Shown here: positions 1 to 8,184 of the stretch, in pieces | Position numbering within the stretch: position 1 is the stretch's first letter | How the letters are laid out: the number at the start of each line of letters is the position of its first letter | Assembly (NCBI GenBank): GCA_944358895.1 | Contig: CALVSB010000003.1 | Location: forward strand, 22,868 to 86,867 | Reading direction: 5' to 3' | Length of the DNA stretch: 64,000 bases | Origin: an uncultured Bacilli bacterium | GTDB taxonomy: Bacteria; Bacillota_I; Bacilli_A; RFN20; CAG-826 | Translations under genes and position numbers: made by a program | The notes under the pieces: generated by a model | Seen by the model: the letters and a program-made list of their open reading frames with translations, nothing else | The model's database searches: none | What the model was told of the DNA's origin: nothing

Positions 1-1
1 C

Positions 2-1141
2 GTCTCTTGCTACGATGATAGCGGCAACAAACGCAAGGACTTCAAGGTCATGAAGCTCTATTCCTTCGAAGGGATGAACCGAATCGAGGTGAACGAAGTC
101 CAGGCCGGCGACATCTGCGGCATCGCCGGCTACCCGGAAATCGAGGTCTCGAACACGGTGAACGAAGCCGGGAAGATGGATCTCCTCCCGCCGCTAAGGG
201 TCGACGAGCCGACCCTCCAGATGGAATTCGGGACCAACTCCTCGCCGCTCCGGGGCCAAGACGGGAAGCTCGTCACGGCCCGGGTCATCGAGGAACGCCT
301 CTTTGCCGAGACCCAGCGCGACGTCTCGCTCCGCTACCACCGCATCGAGAACAAGGAAGGCTGGATCGTCTCCGGCCGGGGCGAACTCCACCTCGGTGTC
401 CTCATCGAGACGATGCGGCGCGAAGGCTATGAGCTCGAGGTAAGCAAACCCGAGGTCATCGTCAAGGTGATCGACAGGGTCAAGTGCGAGCCCTACGAAG
501 ACCTCACGATCGATGTCCCGAGCGAATTCGTCGGCGACATGATGACGATCCTCTCCGGCCGGGGCGCCGAGCTGAAGGACATGGACGACAACGGCACCAC
601 CGCCAAGCTCGTCTACGTCATCCCGTCCCGCGGCCTCATCGGCTTCGTGAGCAACTTCCTCACCCTCACCAAGGGGTACGGCATCATCAACCATGTCTAT
701 AGGGAGTACCGGCCGATGTCGGTCCAAAGCTTCGGCGAGCGGCCCCTCGGGGTCCTCGTCTCGGTGGCCAAGGGCGAGGCGACCGGCTACGCTCTCGAGA
801 AGGTCGAGGAGCACGGGACGATGTTCATCGCCCCGGGCGAGACCTGCTACGAGGGGATGATCGTCGGGGAGCACCGCTACCCCAACGACCTGGCGGTCAA
901 CTGCACCGAGACCAAGCCGATGAACAATATCCGGAGCTCCACCAAGGAGCAAGGGGTCGTCCTCAAGACCCCGCGGAAGATGTCGCTCGAGGCCTGCCTC
1001 GACTATATCGACAGCGACGAGCTCGTCGAGATCACCCCGCATGCCATCAGGATGCGGAAGAAAATCCTCAACACTGCCGAGCGGAAGAAGTTCGACGCCC
1101 ATAAGAAGTGGGCCAAGGAAGCCGCTCTCCAAGGCAAGTAA
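2..1141 (+). CDS. typA: Translational GTPase TypA/BipA, C-terminal ~380 aa (5' end outside window)
   Basis: The frame of ORF 50..1141 stays open back to nt 2 (VSCYDDSGNKRKDFKV precedes the first Met). GELHLGVLIETMRREGYELEVSKPEVI, GYGIINHVYREYRP and the basic C-terminal tail fit EF-G-like domains III-V plus the BipA C-terminal domain. Confidence 0.85.
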   Translation, partial: VSCYDDSGNKRKDFKVMKLYSFEGMNRIEVNEVQAGDICGIAGYPEIEVSNTVNEAGKMDLLPPLRVDEPTLQMEFGTNSSPLRGQDGKLVTARVIEERLFAETQRDVSLRYHRIENKEGWIVSGRGELHLGVLIETMRREGYELEVSKPEVIVKVIDRVKCEPYEDLTIDVPSEFVGDMMTILSGRGAELKDMDDNGTTAKLVYVIPSRGLIGFVSNFLTLTKGYGIINHVYREYRPMSVQSFGERPLGVLVSVAKGEATGYALEKVEEHGTMFIAPGETCYEGMIVGEHRYPNDLAVNCTETKPMNNIRSSTKEQGVVLKTPRKMSLEACLDYIDSDELVEITPHAIRMRKKILNTAERKKFDAHKKWAKEAALQGK

Positions 1142-1149
1142 AAGCCATC

Positions 1150-1186
1150 AAAAAAGGCGTCTCCCGCGAAGGGGGACGCCTTTTCC
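1150..1186. terminator. Bidirectional intrinsic terminator between convergent genes
   Basis: GGCGTCTCCC-gcgaa-GGGGGACGCC at 1156-1180 (10-bp stem with one G-U), A-run upstream and T-run downstream. Confidence 0.75.
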
Positions 1187-1206
1187 TTATCCTTTCGGAA
1201 GCCCGC

Positions 1207-2541
1207 TTAGTTGGAAGCGTGCTTGCGGCGACGGACGAAGTAGAAGACGGAGAAGCCGAGAATCGAGACGAGGACGAGAGCCCCAGCCGTGATGCCGGCG
1301 ATGTTGGACGGATCGGAGACAAAGGTCGCGACGTAGCCGGCGTTTTCGTTGCTGTTTGCGGCCTCGAGGGTTTCCATCATCGCAAGCTTTTCAAGAGCAG
1401 TCGTCGTGATGGTGCGCTCACCAGTCACATAATAGTCGTCGTAGTTAGTGCTCGGACCAGCATATGCGTAATCGGAGAGGGTCACATCGGCTAGAGCCTC
1501 GCGTCCGCCAACCATAAGGTCCTCCCCAATCCAAGTTTCCGTAAGCTCGGTAGTGGCAAGATAACCGTTTGCTTCCGACCCAAGGCAAGAATAGTAGGCA
1601 GGAAGGACATAGGTGGCGAAGAAGTAAGGAGTGACCGAATTTGCTTTGAGTTTATAAGGATAAACGGCAGCGTCATCAAGAACGGTGTTCCACTCTCCCT
1701 TTTCGGCATTGTCGCCATTGGGCCAGCTAATGGTATGAATGTTAGCAAAATCCGATGCTGTCAAAACTTTTTTAGTGCTGGTTCCATCAACGTATTCAGC
1801 TAAATCCCAAATGTGAGCGGTCGTTACATAGTACTGAAGCCCTACGTAAGAAAGCGGTACATCAAAGTAGGCAAGATATGTACGGTCTTCGGCGGTCGCA
1901 ATCGTGTCCCCGCCTTCCGAGAGGGAACTCGTTGACGGATAGGCAGTAGCCGGAATTGCAATATCACCCTCAGCCGTCTCAAAGGTCAAGAACGTGAGGC
2001 AATCCGTCCGACCGCCTTGATGAAACCAATAGCGGGCATATTCGCTATTCAATTCAACATGCCTGTCGATCTTCAAACTATTATCTAGAGCCCCAATTTG
2101 ATTATTGTCATCAATGTATGCGTCGTAGTAAGCCGGTGATTCTTCGGTTATGCGGATGCCTTCGCCATCAATGGCAGCCAATTTCTGCGGATAGTTCGGG
2201 AAATTCCACGATTGCATTCCTCCGCTATCCGGCCAAGCTCCGTTGTAGATCAAGAATCCATCACAATTGGTTGGAATTTCAAACTCCGCAATACCAGTTT
2301 CGGCATCGTGGCCAATCATGGTAGCCTCACCATTTGTAATGCCAGTCCCCCACCAATAGCTACGCAAAGTAGCGCTGCCATTATTAGTGAATGTGTTGTA
2401 AACCTCATCGGAAATCTTGAAGTAAACTGAATACATGTCCGGGGAAGCAGCTTTGGTCTCAACGGCATTTCCGCCAATTCCAAAAGACGTCGCTAATAGA
2501 CTTAGTGCAAAAAGCAATGCTGCGGGTCCTGTTTTCTTCAT
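1207..2541 (-). CDS. Surface protein, paralog 1 of 3 (signal peptide plus C-terminal TM anchor)
   Basis: Start moved to the ATG at 2541 (MKKTGPAALLFALSLLATSFG is signal-peptide-like, with AGAGAGG upstream). C-terminus AGITAGALVLVSILGFSVFYFVRRRKHASN is one hydrophobic helix plus a basic tail. Shares the SCLGSEANGY block with the next two genes. Confidence 0.6.
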   Translation of the reverse strand: MKKTGPAALLFALSLLATSFGIGGNAVETKAASPDMYSVYFKISDEVYNTFTNNGSATLRSYWWGTGITNGEATMIGHDAETGIAEFEIPTNCDGFLIYNGAWPDSGGMQSWNFPNYPQKLAAIDGEGIRITEESPAYYDAYIDDNNQIGALDNSLKIDRHVELNSEYARYWFHQGGRTDCLTFLTFETAEGDIAIPATAYPSTSSLSEGGDTIATAEDRTYLAYFDVPLSYVGLQYYVTTAHIWDLAEYVDGTSTKKVLTASDFANIHTISWPNGDNAEKGEWNTVLDDAAVYPYKLKANSVTPYFFATYVLPAYYSCLGSEANGYLATTELTETWIGEDLMVGGREALADVTLSDYAYAGPSTNYDDYYVTGERTITTTALEKLAMMETLEAANSNENAGYVATFVSDPSNIAGITAGALVLVSILGFSVFYFVRRRKHASN

Positions 2542-2744
2542 TTCTGATACCTCTCTTAACATTCCAATTCTAGTGAAAGCGCTTGCATATAACAACAAGG
2601 ATGCAAATTTGGCTTGTTTTTTGAATACATTTTCAGAAAACCATCGAAACAGTTGTGGCAAAAATACATGCCCCCTTTTCTTGATTCGCATACTCATTTC
2701 CAAGCAATTGGCTGGAAAAGCAATGAGATTTTCAAGCAATTAAA

Positions 2745-2771
2745 ACAAAAAAGGCCGCGACAACACGACCT
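2745..2771 (-). terminator. Intrinsic terminator after paralog 2
   Basis: Minus strand GGUCGUG-uugu-CGCGGCC followed by UUUUUUGUUUU (plus-strand 2754-2771, A-run 2745-2753). Confidence 0.6.
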
Positions 2772-2831
2772 TTTGTGTCAACCGAACTTTTACAAAACCT
2801 CTTGATTGCTATATAAGGATTTTTTCTATAC

Positions 2832-3812
2832 TTAGTCAATCGGAAGTTCGACTTCTGGATGGGCTGCCATGTAAAGTTTTGACATGGTAACAAGCTTTTC
2901 ATTGGCATTGACAGTCCAATCCTTTGAAGCCGTCGTCCAAGAACCATCAGCCCCAAGAGAGGGATCATAGTCATGAATAGTTTCGGACGCGATGCCTGCT
3001 CCTGTAACATGTTTGTCCTTCCAGCCGTTGAATACTCCACTATTCTCGTTGTATGTCCACAAGAAGTTCTTTCCGGTGTAAGGAATGGCTTCATACCCGT
3101 TGACTGCACTATTGGAGCACGTGTTCAAGCCTTCAATGGCAAGAGCGGCGATATGAGAATCAATAGAATTTGCATGATTTCCGAAGCCAGCCGTGTGGTA
3201 CTCTTTCATCTCTCTATAGACAAACATCACCGAATTATCCAAATACTCTGTATCATTGTCGGACCGCCGGAATCTGCCGTCTGCTTGCTTTTCGAAACGG
3301 ACGTTAACTCCATTTATAGCCCAGCCGCTCTGATAGGTTCCGTTAAATGTCGAAGCGTTACTATCATAAGACGTGCCGATTTCTTTGTAATACTGGATGG
3401 TTACGTACATGTACGAGTGTTCTTCAAAGACCCATGCCGGAATGTCATAGTACCAGTAAGGACGATATGTGCCCCAACCGTTATTAACATCGGCGTAACC
3501 AAAGTCCGCTTCGCATGAATTCCACACAACCCCACTGGGCTGGGCAACATACTCCCAACTGCCCATATTTTCTTGCGCCTCGTGAATCCAGAGAGCTAAG
3601 TATCCGGCGCCCGACGCCCAAGCATTGTTAGCGTCACCCTTGTCAAGTGTTGTCCACAAGCGAACATTGCCATAGGTCGTTCCCGTGGTCTCCAGTTCAG
3701 CATTAACGCCCAAAAGGCTCCGATCCGCCACCTCGCTAGCCACAACGCCCCCGAGGGTTCCGATTGAGATCACCGCTGCCGCTAGGCAGATTCCAAGCAT
3801 CTTCTTGTTCAT
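2832..3812 (-). CDS. Secreted protein, paralog 2 of 3 (no C-terminal anchor)
   Basis: Start at the ATG at 3812 (MNKKMLGICLAAAVISIGTLGGVVA signal peptide). Contains ALAIEGLNTCSNSAVNGY, which aligns with the neighbouring paralogs. Confidence 0.6.
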   Translation of the reverse strand: MNKKMLGICLAAAVISIGTLGGVVASEVADRSLLGVNAELETTGTTYGNVRLWTTLDKGDANNAWASGAGYLALWIHEAQENMGSWEYVAQPSGVVWNSCEADFGYADVNNGWGTYRPYWYYDIPAWVFEEHSYMYVTIQYYKEIGTSYDSNASTFNGTYQSGWAINGVNVRFEKQADGRFRRSDNDTEYLDNSVMFVYREMKEYHTAGFGNHANSIDSHIAALAIEGLNTCSNSAVNGYEAIPYTGKNFLWTYNENSGVFNGWKDKHVTGAGIASETIHDYDPSLGADGSWTTASKDWTVNANEKLVTMSKLYMAAHPEVELPID

Positions 3813-3989
3813 AGGCAATGCCTCCGCAATGAAAACGAGTAAATTCCTTTTCACTGGTTCCATAAAATAGTGCAAGCGCTTTCAAATAACAAGACATTTG
3901 TTTAACAATTTCTTTAATGTTTTAAGGTTTCGGCCGCTTTGCAAGCTTTTCAGCGAAATAATCGGCGCCATCAAAAATGCAAACCATGC

Positions 3990-4014
3990 AAAAAAAGGAG
4001 CCGCTGATGGCTCC
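3990..4014 (-). terminator. Intrinsic terminator after paralog 3
   Basis: Minus strand GGAGCC-aucagc-GGCUCC followed by UUUUUUU (plus-strand stem arms 3997-4002 and 4009-4014, A-run 3990-3996). Confidence 0.7.
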
Positions 4015-4034
4015 TCTTCTTGCTTCGACTAGGC

Positions 4035-4940
4035 TTAGATGGCCTTCTTTCTCCTTTGCTGGATGAAAGCCCATCCGCCGACGGCCGCTGCCACCGCCAC
4101 CAAAGAAACGGCACCGACGATCCAGTAGTTCCCACTTTCCTGACCGACGAAGGCCGCCGCCTGGGCCGAAGTCCCGGCTTCGTAGGCTTCATAGCTGGCC
4201 TTCATTTGGGCGATTTTGTCGCGGACCGTGTAATGGCTATCGCCTTTCGAGACGTTCTCACCGTACGAATAGCCATTCGAAGCGTAGTCGGAATAGGAGT
4301 ACTCGTCGCTGAGCGGGGCGTTCAAAGCCGCATCGTCCATTTTGCTGAAAAAGTTTTGCTCAAGCGTCGGGTAGGCAAGGAAGCCGTTGACTTCACTAGG
4401 AAGGCAAACGCTGTAGCCTTCGAGGAGAATGGATGCGAATTCGGGAGAAATATAACTGAGGTTCAACTCCTCGTAGGTCCAAGTCCAGTCGTATTCCTTT
4501 ATGGAGCGAACGGTGGAGGACCAGGCGCCAGTCATAACCAAATCGGGAGCGTATCCCCAGTTATTGGTGAGATCAGTCGGGTCCACCCGCACGAACTGGA
4601 GGCCAGAGAGATCGGTAAGCGGAATGTCGGCATATCCGACCCACGCCGGTGCTTCTTCGGTTCCAGCGTTGACCCAGTTGGTATCGTAAACGGTAACCGC
4701 ACCTTCCTGATTCCAGGTGCGGACGGCCGTCTTGGCCCCGGCGGATTGCCACTGGCCGGCATTCGAGTTGTGGATGAAAACCCGGGTCGTTAGATAGGTC
4801 GCGTTCCGCGACGAATCGGCGGTCACCACTTCGTCCGCGGCTTTAACCACTTCGGCTCCGCCTAAAACCAGGGACGAAGAGAGAATGAGGCCGCTTCCGG
4901 CGACCAAGGAAAGAAGAACTGCAGCTTTGCCAAATTTCAT
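4035..4940 (-). CDS. Surface protein, paralog 3 of 3 (signal peptide plus C-terminal TM anchor)
   Basis: MKFGKAAVLLSLVAGSGLILSSS signal peptide. C-terminal WIVGAVSLVAVAAAVGGWAFIQQRRKKAI. SILLEGYSVCLPSEVNGF block shared with the other two. Confidence 0.65.
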   Translation of the reverse strand: MKFGKAAVLLSLVAGSGLILSSSLVLGGAEVVKAADEVVTADSSRNATYLTTRVFIHNSNAGQWQSAGAKTAVRTWNQEGAVTVYDTNWVNAGTEEAPAWVGYADIPLTDLSGLQFVRVDPTDLTNNWGYAPDLVMTGAWSSTVRSIKEYDWTWTYEELNLSYISPEFASILLEGYSVCLPSEVNGFLAYPTLEQNFFSKMDDAALNAPLSDEYSYSDYASNGYSYGENVSKGDSHYTVRDKIAQMKASYEAYEAGTSAQAAAFVGQESGNYWIVGAVSLVAVAAAVGGWAFIQQRRKKAI

Positions 4941-5107
4941 AAGTTACCTCCGAAGGACAGGCAGACTTTTCTATGAATCCGAATTAAGAATATGGCTTCT
5001 CCATGCTATTTTTCAACAATTGTAAAAGTAACAAATGATTTGTAAGGTTTGTAAGGCTTAAATTGAAAAGATAAATGCTTTTACATTGTCATAACTATTT
5101 CTGACGA

Positions 5108-5135
5108 TCAAAAAGCCCCGGCTGTTCCGGAGGCT
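5108..5135 (-). terminator. Intrinsic terminator ending the nuclease gene string
   Basis: Minus strand AGCC-U-CCGG aacag CCGG-GGCU followed by UUUUGAU (plus-strand 5114-5135). Confidence 0.55.
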
Positions 5136-5153
5136 TCTCAAAAGGCTTGGTAT

Positions 5154-6590
5154 TCAGGCGAACACTTCCTCGGCCAGCGTCGGGAAGTCGACATAGGGAT
5201 TCCGGTTCCCCTGCACCCCGAAGACCTTCTCGTTCCGCTCGCGCTCGCGGTCGGAAATCGGGTCTTCCTTGGCCCATTCGAGGAACATGTCGGTCGCCCA
5301 GTCGCTAAGCCCAAGCGGCGATGAATAGTCGAAGAGGGCATACGGCTGCCAGTCCCCAAATCCCATCTGCTGCTCATAGCAAGTAACAAAGTAGAAATGG
5401 ACCCGGGCGATGTCGCCCTTCCATTCGTCTCCCGGCTCGAAAACCGTCTCGGAGGGGCCGCCCGGATAGACGTTCGGTCCGAGCTTCGACCCGTTGGTCG
5501 TCTCGTAGGTCGGATCATCGACCTCGCCATAGGGATTGTCGTTCCGCCTCATGTTCGAGTAAGCATCGGCCGGCATGACCGAGAAGGCATCGGAATACAT
5601 GGGGTGGGCATCGTTGAAATAGGACTTCGGGATCACATGCTCGCGCTGGAGGCCTTGCCCCTCTTCCCCGGCCCCGGCTTTCCAGCCGTCGGCGGGCTTG
5701 TGTTTCTCTTTGTCGCTGTAGATGTCGTAGATGTAGCCATCGGGGTCGACATCAGTCACGGCATAGACGTCCATGAGATTGTTGTAGCTGAGTTGATCAT
5801 GGGACCTGATGGTTTTCCAGAAAGAAGTTTTGAGTTCGCTTCCCTCGAGATAGAGATTCACGTTCTTGTAATATTCCTGGGCTTCTCCGTCCAAGTGGTC
5901 ATATTCGCCGAAAAGCCCATCGGTCGGGCGGGGCAAGGACGAAGATGAAGATTCGCTGGTCGGCTCTTCCACCGAGCTGCCTCCCACAAGAAGGGTGAGA
6001 ACGACCTTGCAAATCATGACACGGCCCTTTACTTCCTGACCCAATGTCAAGGTCGAGGCCGCTAAATCGTCAGGTCCGTCCAAGTCTTCGAAATAGACAC
6101 AATAAGGATCGTCGCTCCCGTCGATGGCTGGCACGTCGGACCACGTGACATTCTTGTATTCGGGGTCGCCGCTCACGTCGGTATAAGCCGAAAAGGAAGC
6201 CGCGACGTCAGCTTCGTAGCGGTAGCAGTAAACACGCGCTTTCGAAATACGAACAGGTTCATAAAAACTAAATGTTATTTTGCCCGGGGTTGTAGAGGTC
6301 CCAAGACGAAGACCGCTGGGACTTTTATCGTAATAAGCCTTATTAGCCGATGCTGACCTGATTTCGATGCCACTATGTTGGATGTTTGCTAGGACCGGAG
6401 TATTGTTCTTAGAAAACTTGGCCGTCCCGAAGACGATATCCGCACACTCGACGGTCGTTAGCTCGGCCCCGTGGAGGCGGGCCGTCTCGGCCGCCTTCGC
6501 TCCCAAGCTAAAAAGCGCCACGGCGACGACCGCCAGGGCGCTGAAGATAAAGAAACGTCTATGCTCGCCTCGAAGGAATTGATCCGCCAT
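5154..6590 (-). CDS. Endonuclease I family (EndA/Bsn-like) extracellular nuclease with N-terminal signal-anchor
   Basis: C-terminal domain: REHVIPKSYF, DAFSVMPADAYSNMRRNDNPYGEV, FEPGDEWKGDIARVHFYFVTCY, QGNRNPYVDFP. N-terminal hydrophobic helix FFIFSALAVVAVALFSLG. Ser-rich linker. GAGGAGG Shine-Dalgarno upstream. Confidence 0.8.
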   Translation of the reverse strand: MADQFLRGEHRRFFIFSALAVVAVALFSLGAKAAETARLHGAELTTVECADIVFGTAKFSKNNTPVLANIQHSGIEIRSASANKAYYDKSPSGLRLGTSTTPGKITFSFYEPVRISKARVYCYRYEADVAASFSAYTDVSGDPEYKNVTWSDVPAIDGSDDPYCVYFEDLDGPDDLAASTLTLGQEVKGRVMICKVVLTLLVGGSSVEEPTSESSSSSLPRPTDGLFGEYDHLDGEAQEYYKNVNLYLEGSELKTSFWKTIRSHDQLSYNNLMDVYAVTDVDPDGYIYDIYSDKEKHKPADGWKAGAGEEGQGLQREHVIPKSYFNDAHPMYSDAFSVMPADAYSNMRRNDNPYGEVDDPTYETTNGSKLGPNVYPGGPSETVFEPGDEWKGDIARVHFYFVTCYEQQMGFGDWQPYALFDYSSPLGLSDWATDMFLEWAKEDPISDRERERNEKVFGVQGNRNPYVDFPTLAEEVFA

Positions 6591-6613
6591 GCAAGCACCT
6601 CCTCTCTACTAGT

Positions 6614-8125
6614 CTAGCCAAAAATAGCTTCAGACAAAGAGGGGAAATCGACGAAGGGGTTGCGGTTCTTCTGATGGGAATAGACGGCGTTGTTGCGCTC
6701 GATTTCCTTTGGGGACACCGGGTCTTCCTCGGCCCAGGAAAGAAGCATCGACTGGGCCCAGCTCGAGAGCCCGAGGGCCGACGAGTAATTGAAGGAGGCG
6801 TACGATCCCCAGCCGCTTTTCATCTCGCTTGCGTAACAAGTGACGAAATAGAAATGGATCCGAGCAAAGTCGCCTTTGTATTCGTCGATCGGCTCGAAGA
6901 CGGTGCCGGAGTAACCGGGATAGGAACACTTCCCGAGCTTGGAACCGTTCCCCGACGTATAGGTGGCCGTTCCGACCTCGCCGAAGGGATAGTTGCTCCG
7001 CCGGTTGTTGACATAGCCGTCGGTCGGGATGACCTGGTGGGCATCCGCCACCATCGGGGAACGCTCGTCGAAGACGCTTTGGGGGATCGTGTGCTCGCGG
7101 TTGACGCAATCCCCTTCCCCGCCGTAATTGCCGCATTTATCGTCGTTGATCCGATGGCGGATGTTGCTATACATGTCCCAGTAGTTGCCCTTCCCGTCGT
7201 CGTCGCTGTCCTCGTAGACATTCCAAAGGCCGTTGTAGCCGACGTTGGTGTGCGAATGGATGATCGAGGTGAATTCGCTCTTAAGGGAAGCCCCGCTCCT
7301 CGAGAGGTCGGCAGAGGCGTAATAGGAACGGACGGAGGAAGGAAGGGCGGCCAGCTCGTCCCCGAGGTCCCCGCTTTCCCCGCCCGCGGGGAAACTCTCG
7401 GAACTCTCTTCCGAAGAAGGAGGGGCCGGCGGCTCGCTCGAAGAGGAGGAATCCCCGCCCGAAGGCGCGCCCTCGAGGTAGTAGCCGATGGCGATTTCGC
7501 AAACGTTGACCCGCTCGCGTCCGTTCTCGTTGTAGAGGGAAAGGGAAGACACTTCCCCTTCGCTTGAGAGGCCATCGAAGGACACGGCATTGCTTCCCTC
7601 ATCCGTTCCGAGGGTCGGAACGCTCGTCCAATCGACCGCGGCCGGGGCGGCATAGACCTCACCGCCGAGCTTTAGCCCGAGGCGGGCGGTATCGTTCCCG
7701 TACTGGTAGCAATAGACGTCGATACTCTCGAGGACATAAGAAGAATCGAAACTAAGAGTCAATTCCCCCGCCTTGCTGCTGCTCCCGAGGCGCAGGGCGT
7801 TGTTCCCGCCTTCTTCCGGGGCATAGGCATTGGTGCCGCTCAGCGAGGCGACGATGCTCTCGCCGCTTTGGAGATACGAATCGGGACCGACGATGGTGCT
7901 CACCGTATTGTCGGACACCGTGCCGAAAGTGATCCGGCAGGTCGCGAGGACCGGTTCGGCCGCTTCGGAAGAGGAGGAACCTGAGCCAGACTCCGAAAGC
8001 GAGCTCCCGGCCGAGCTTTCGAGGACCGGCTCCGAGGAGGAACCGCCGAGCGAGGAGCCAAGGAAGCCGTCGCAGGAAGCGAGAAGCAGGCCGAAAAGGG
8101 CCGTGAGGACCAGTTGTCTTTTCAT
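6614..8125 (-). CDS. Endonuclease I family extracellular nuclease, lipoprotein paralog
   Basis: Lipobox LLLASCDG. REHTIPQSVF, DAHQVIPTDGYVNNRRSNYPFGEV, FEPIDEYKGDFARIHFYFVTCY, QKNRNPFVDFP. The N-terminal domain is homologous to that of 5154..6590. Confidence 0.8.
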   Translation of the reverse strand: MKRQLVLTALFGLLLASCDGFLGSSLGGSSSEPVLESSAGSSLSESGSGSSSSEAAEPVLATCRITFGTVSDNTVSTIVGPDSYLQSGESIVASLSGTNAYAPEEGGNNALRLGSSSKAGELTLSFDSSYVLESIDVYCYQYGNDTARLGLKLGGEVYAAPAAVDWTSVPTLGTDEGSNAVSFDGLSSEGEVSSLSLYNENGRERVNVCEIAIGYYLEGAPSGGDSSSSSEPPAPPSSEESSESFPAGGESGDLGDELAALPSSVRSYYASADLSRSGASLKSEFTSIIHSHTNVGYNGLWNVYEDSDDDGKGNYWDMYSNIRHRINDDKCGNYGGEGDCVNREHTIPQSVFDERSPMVADAHQVIPTDGYVNNRRSNYPFGEVGTATYTSGNGSKLGKCSYPGYSGTVFEPIDEYKGDFARIHFYFVTCYASEMKSGWGSYASFNYSSALGLSSWAQSMLLSWAEEDPVSPKEIERNNAVYSHQKNRNPFVDFPSLSEAIFG

Positions 8126-8184
8126 GAATTAATACCCATTCGTATCGCCAAGTTTACATCCGAAGGCCTGATCAAGGGAAGCCG

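Noticed and set aside
194-1132. 312-aa ORF antisense to typA. Similar long antisense ORFs occur throughout (e.g. 8251..10176, 641 aa; 34337..36199, 620 aa; 48896..50248; 55374..56591; 56724..58394).
   Set aside because: Their translations are Arg/Gly/Asp/Glu/Pro-rich low-complexity strings. They mirror well-supported genes on the other strand. Such stop-free antisense frames are expected in GC-rich DNA.
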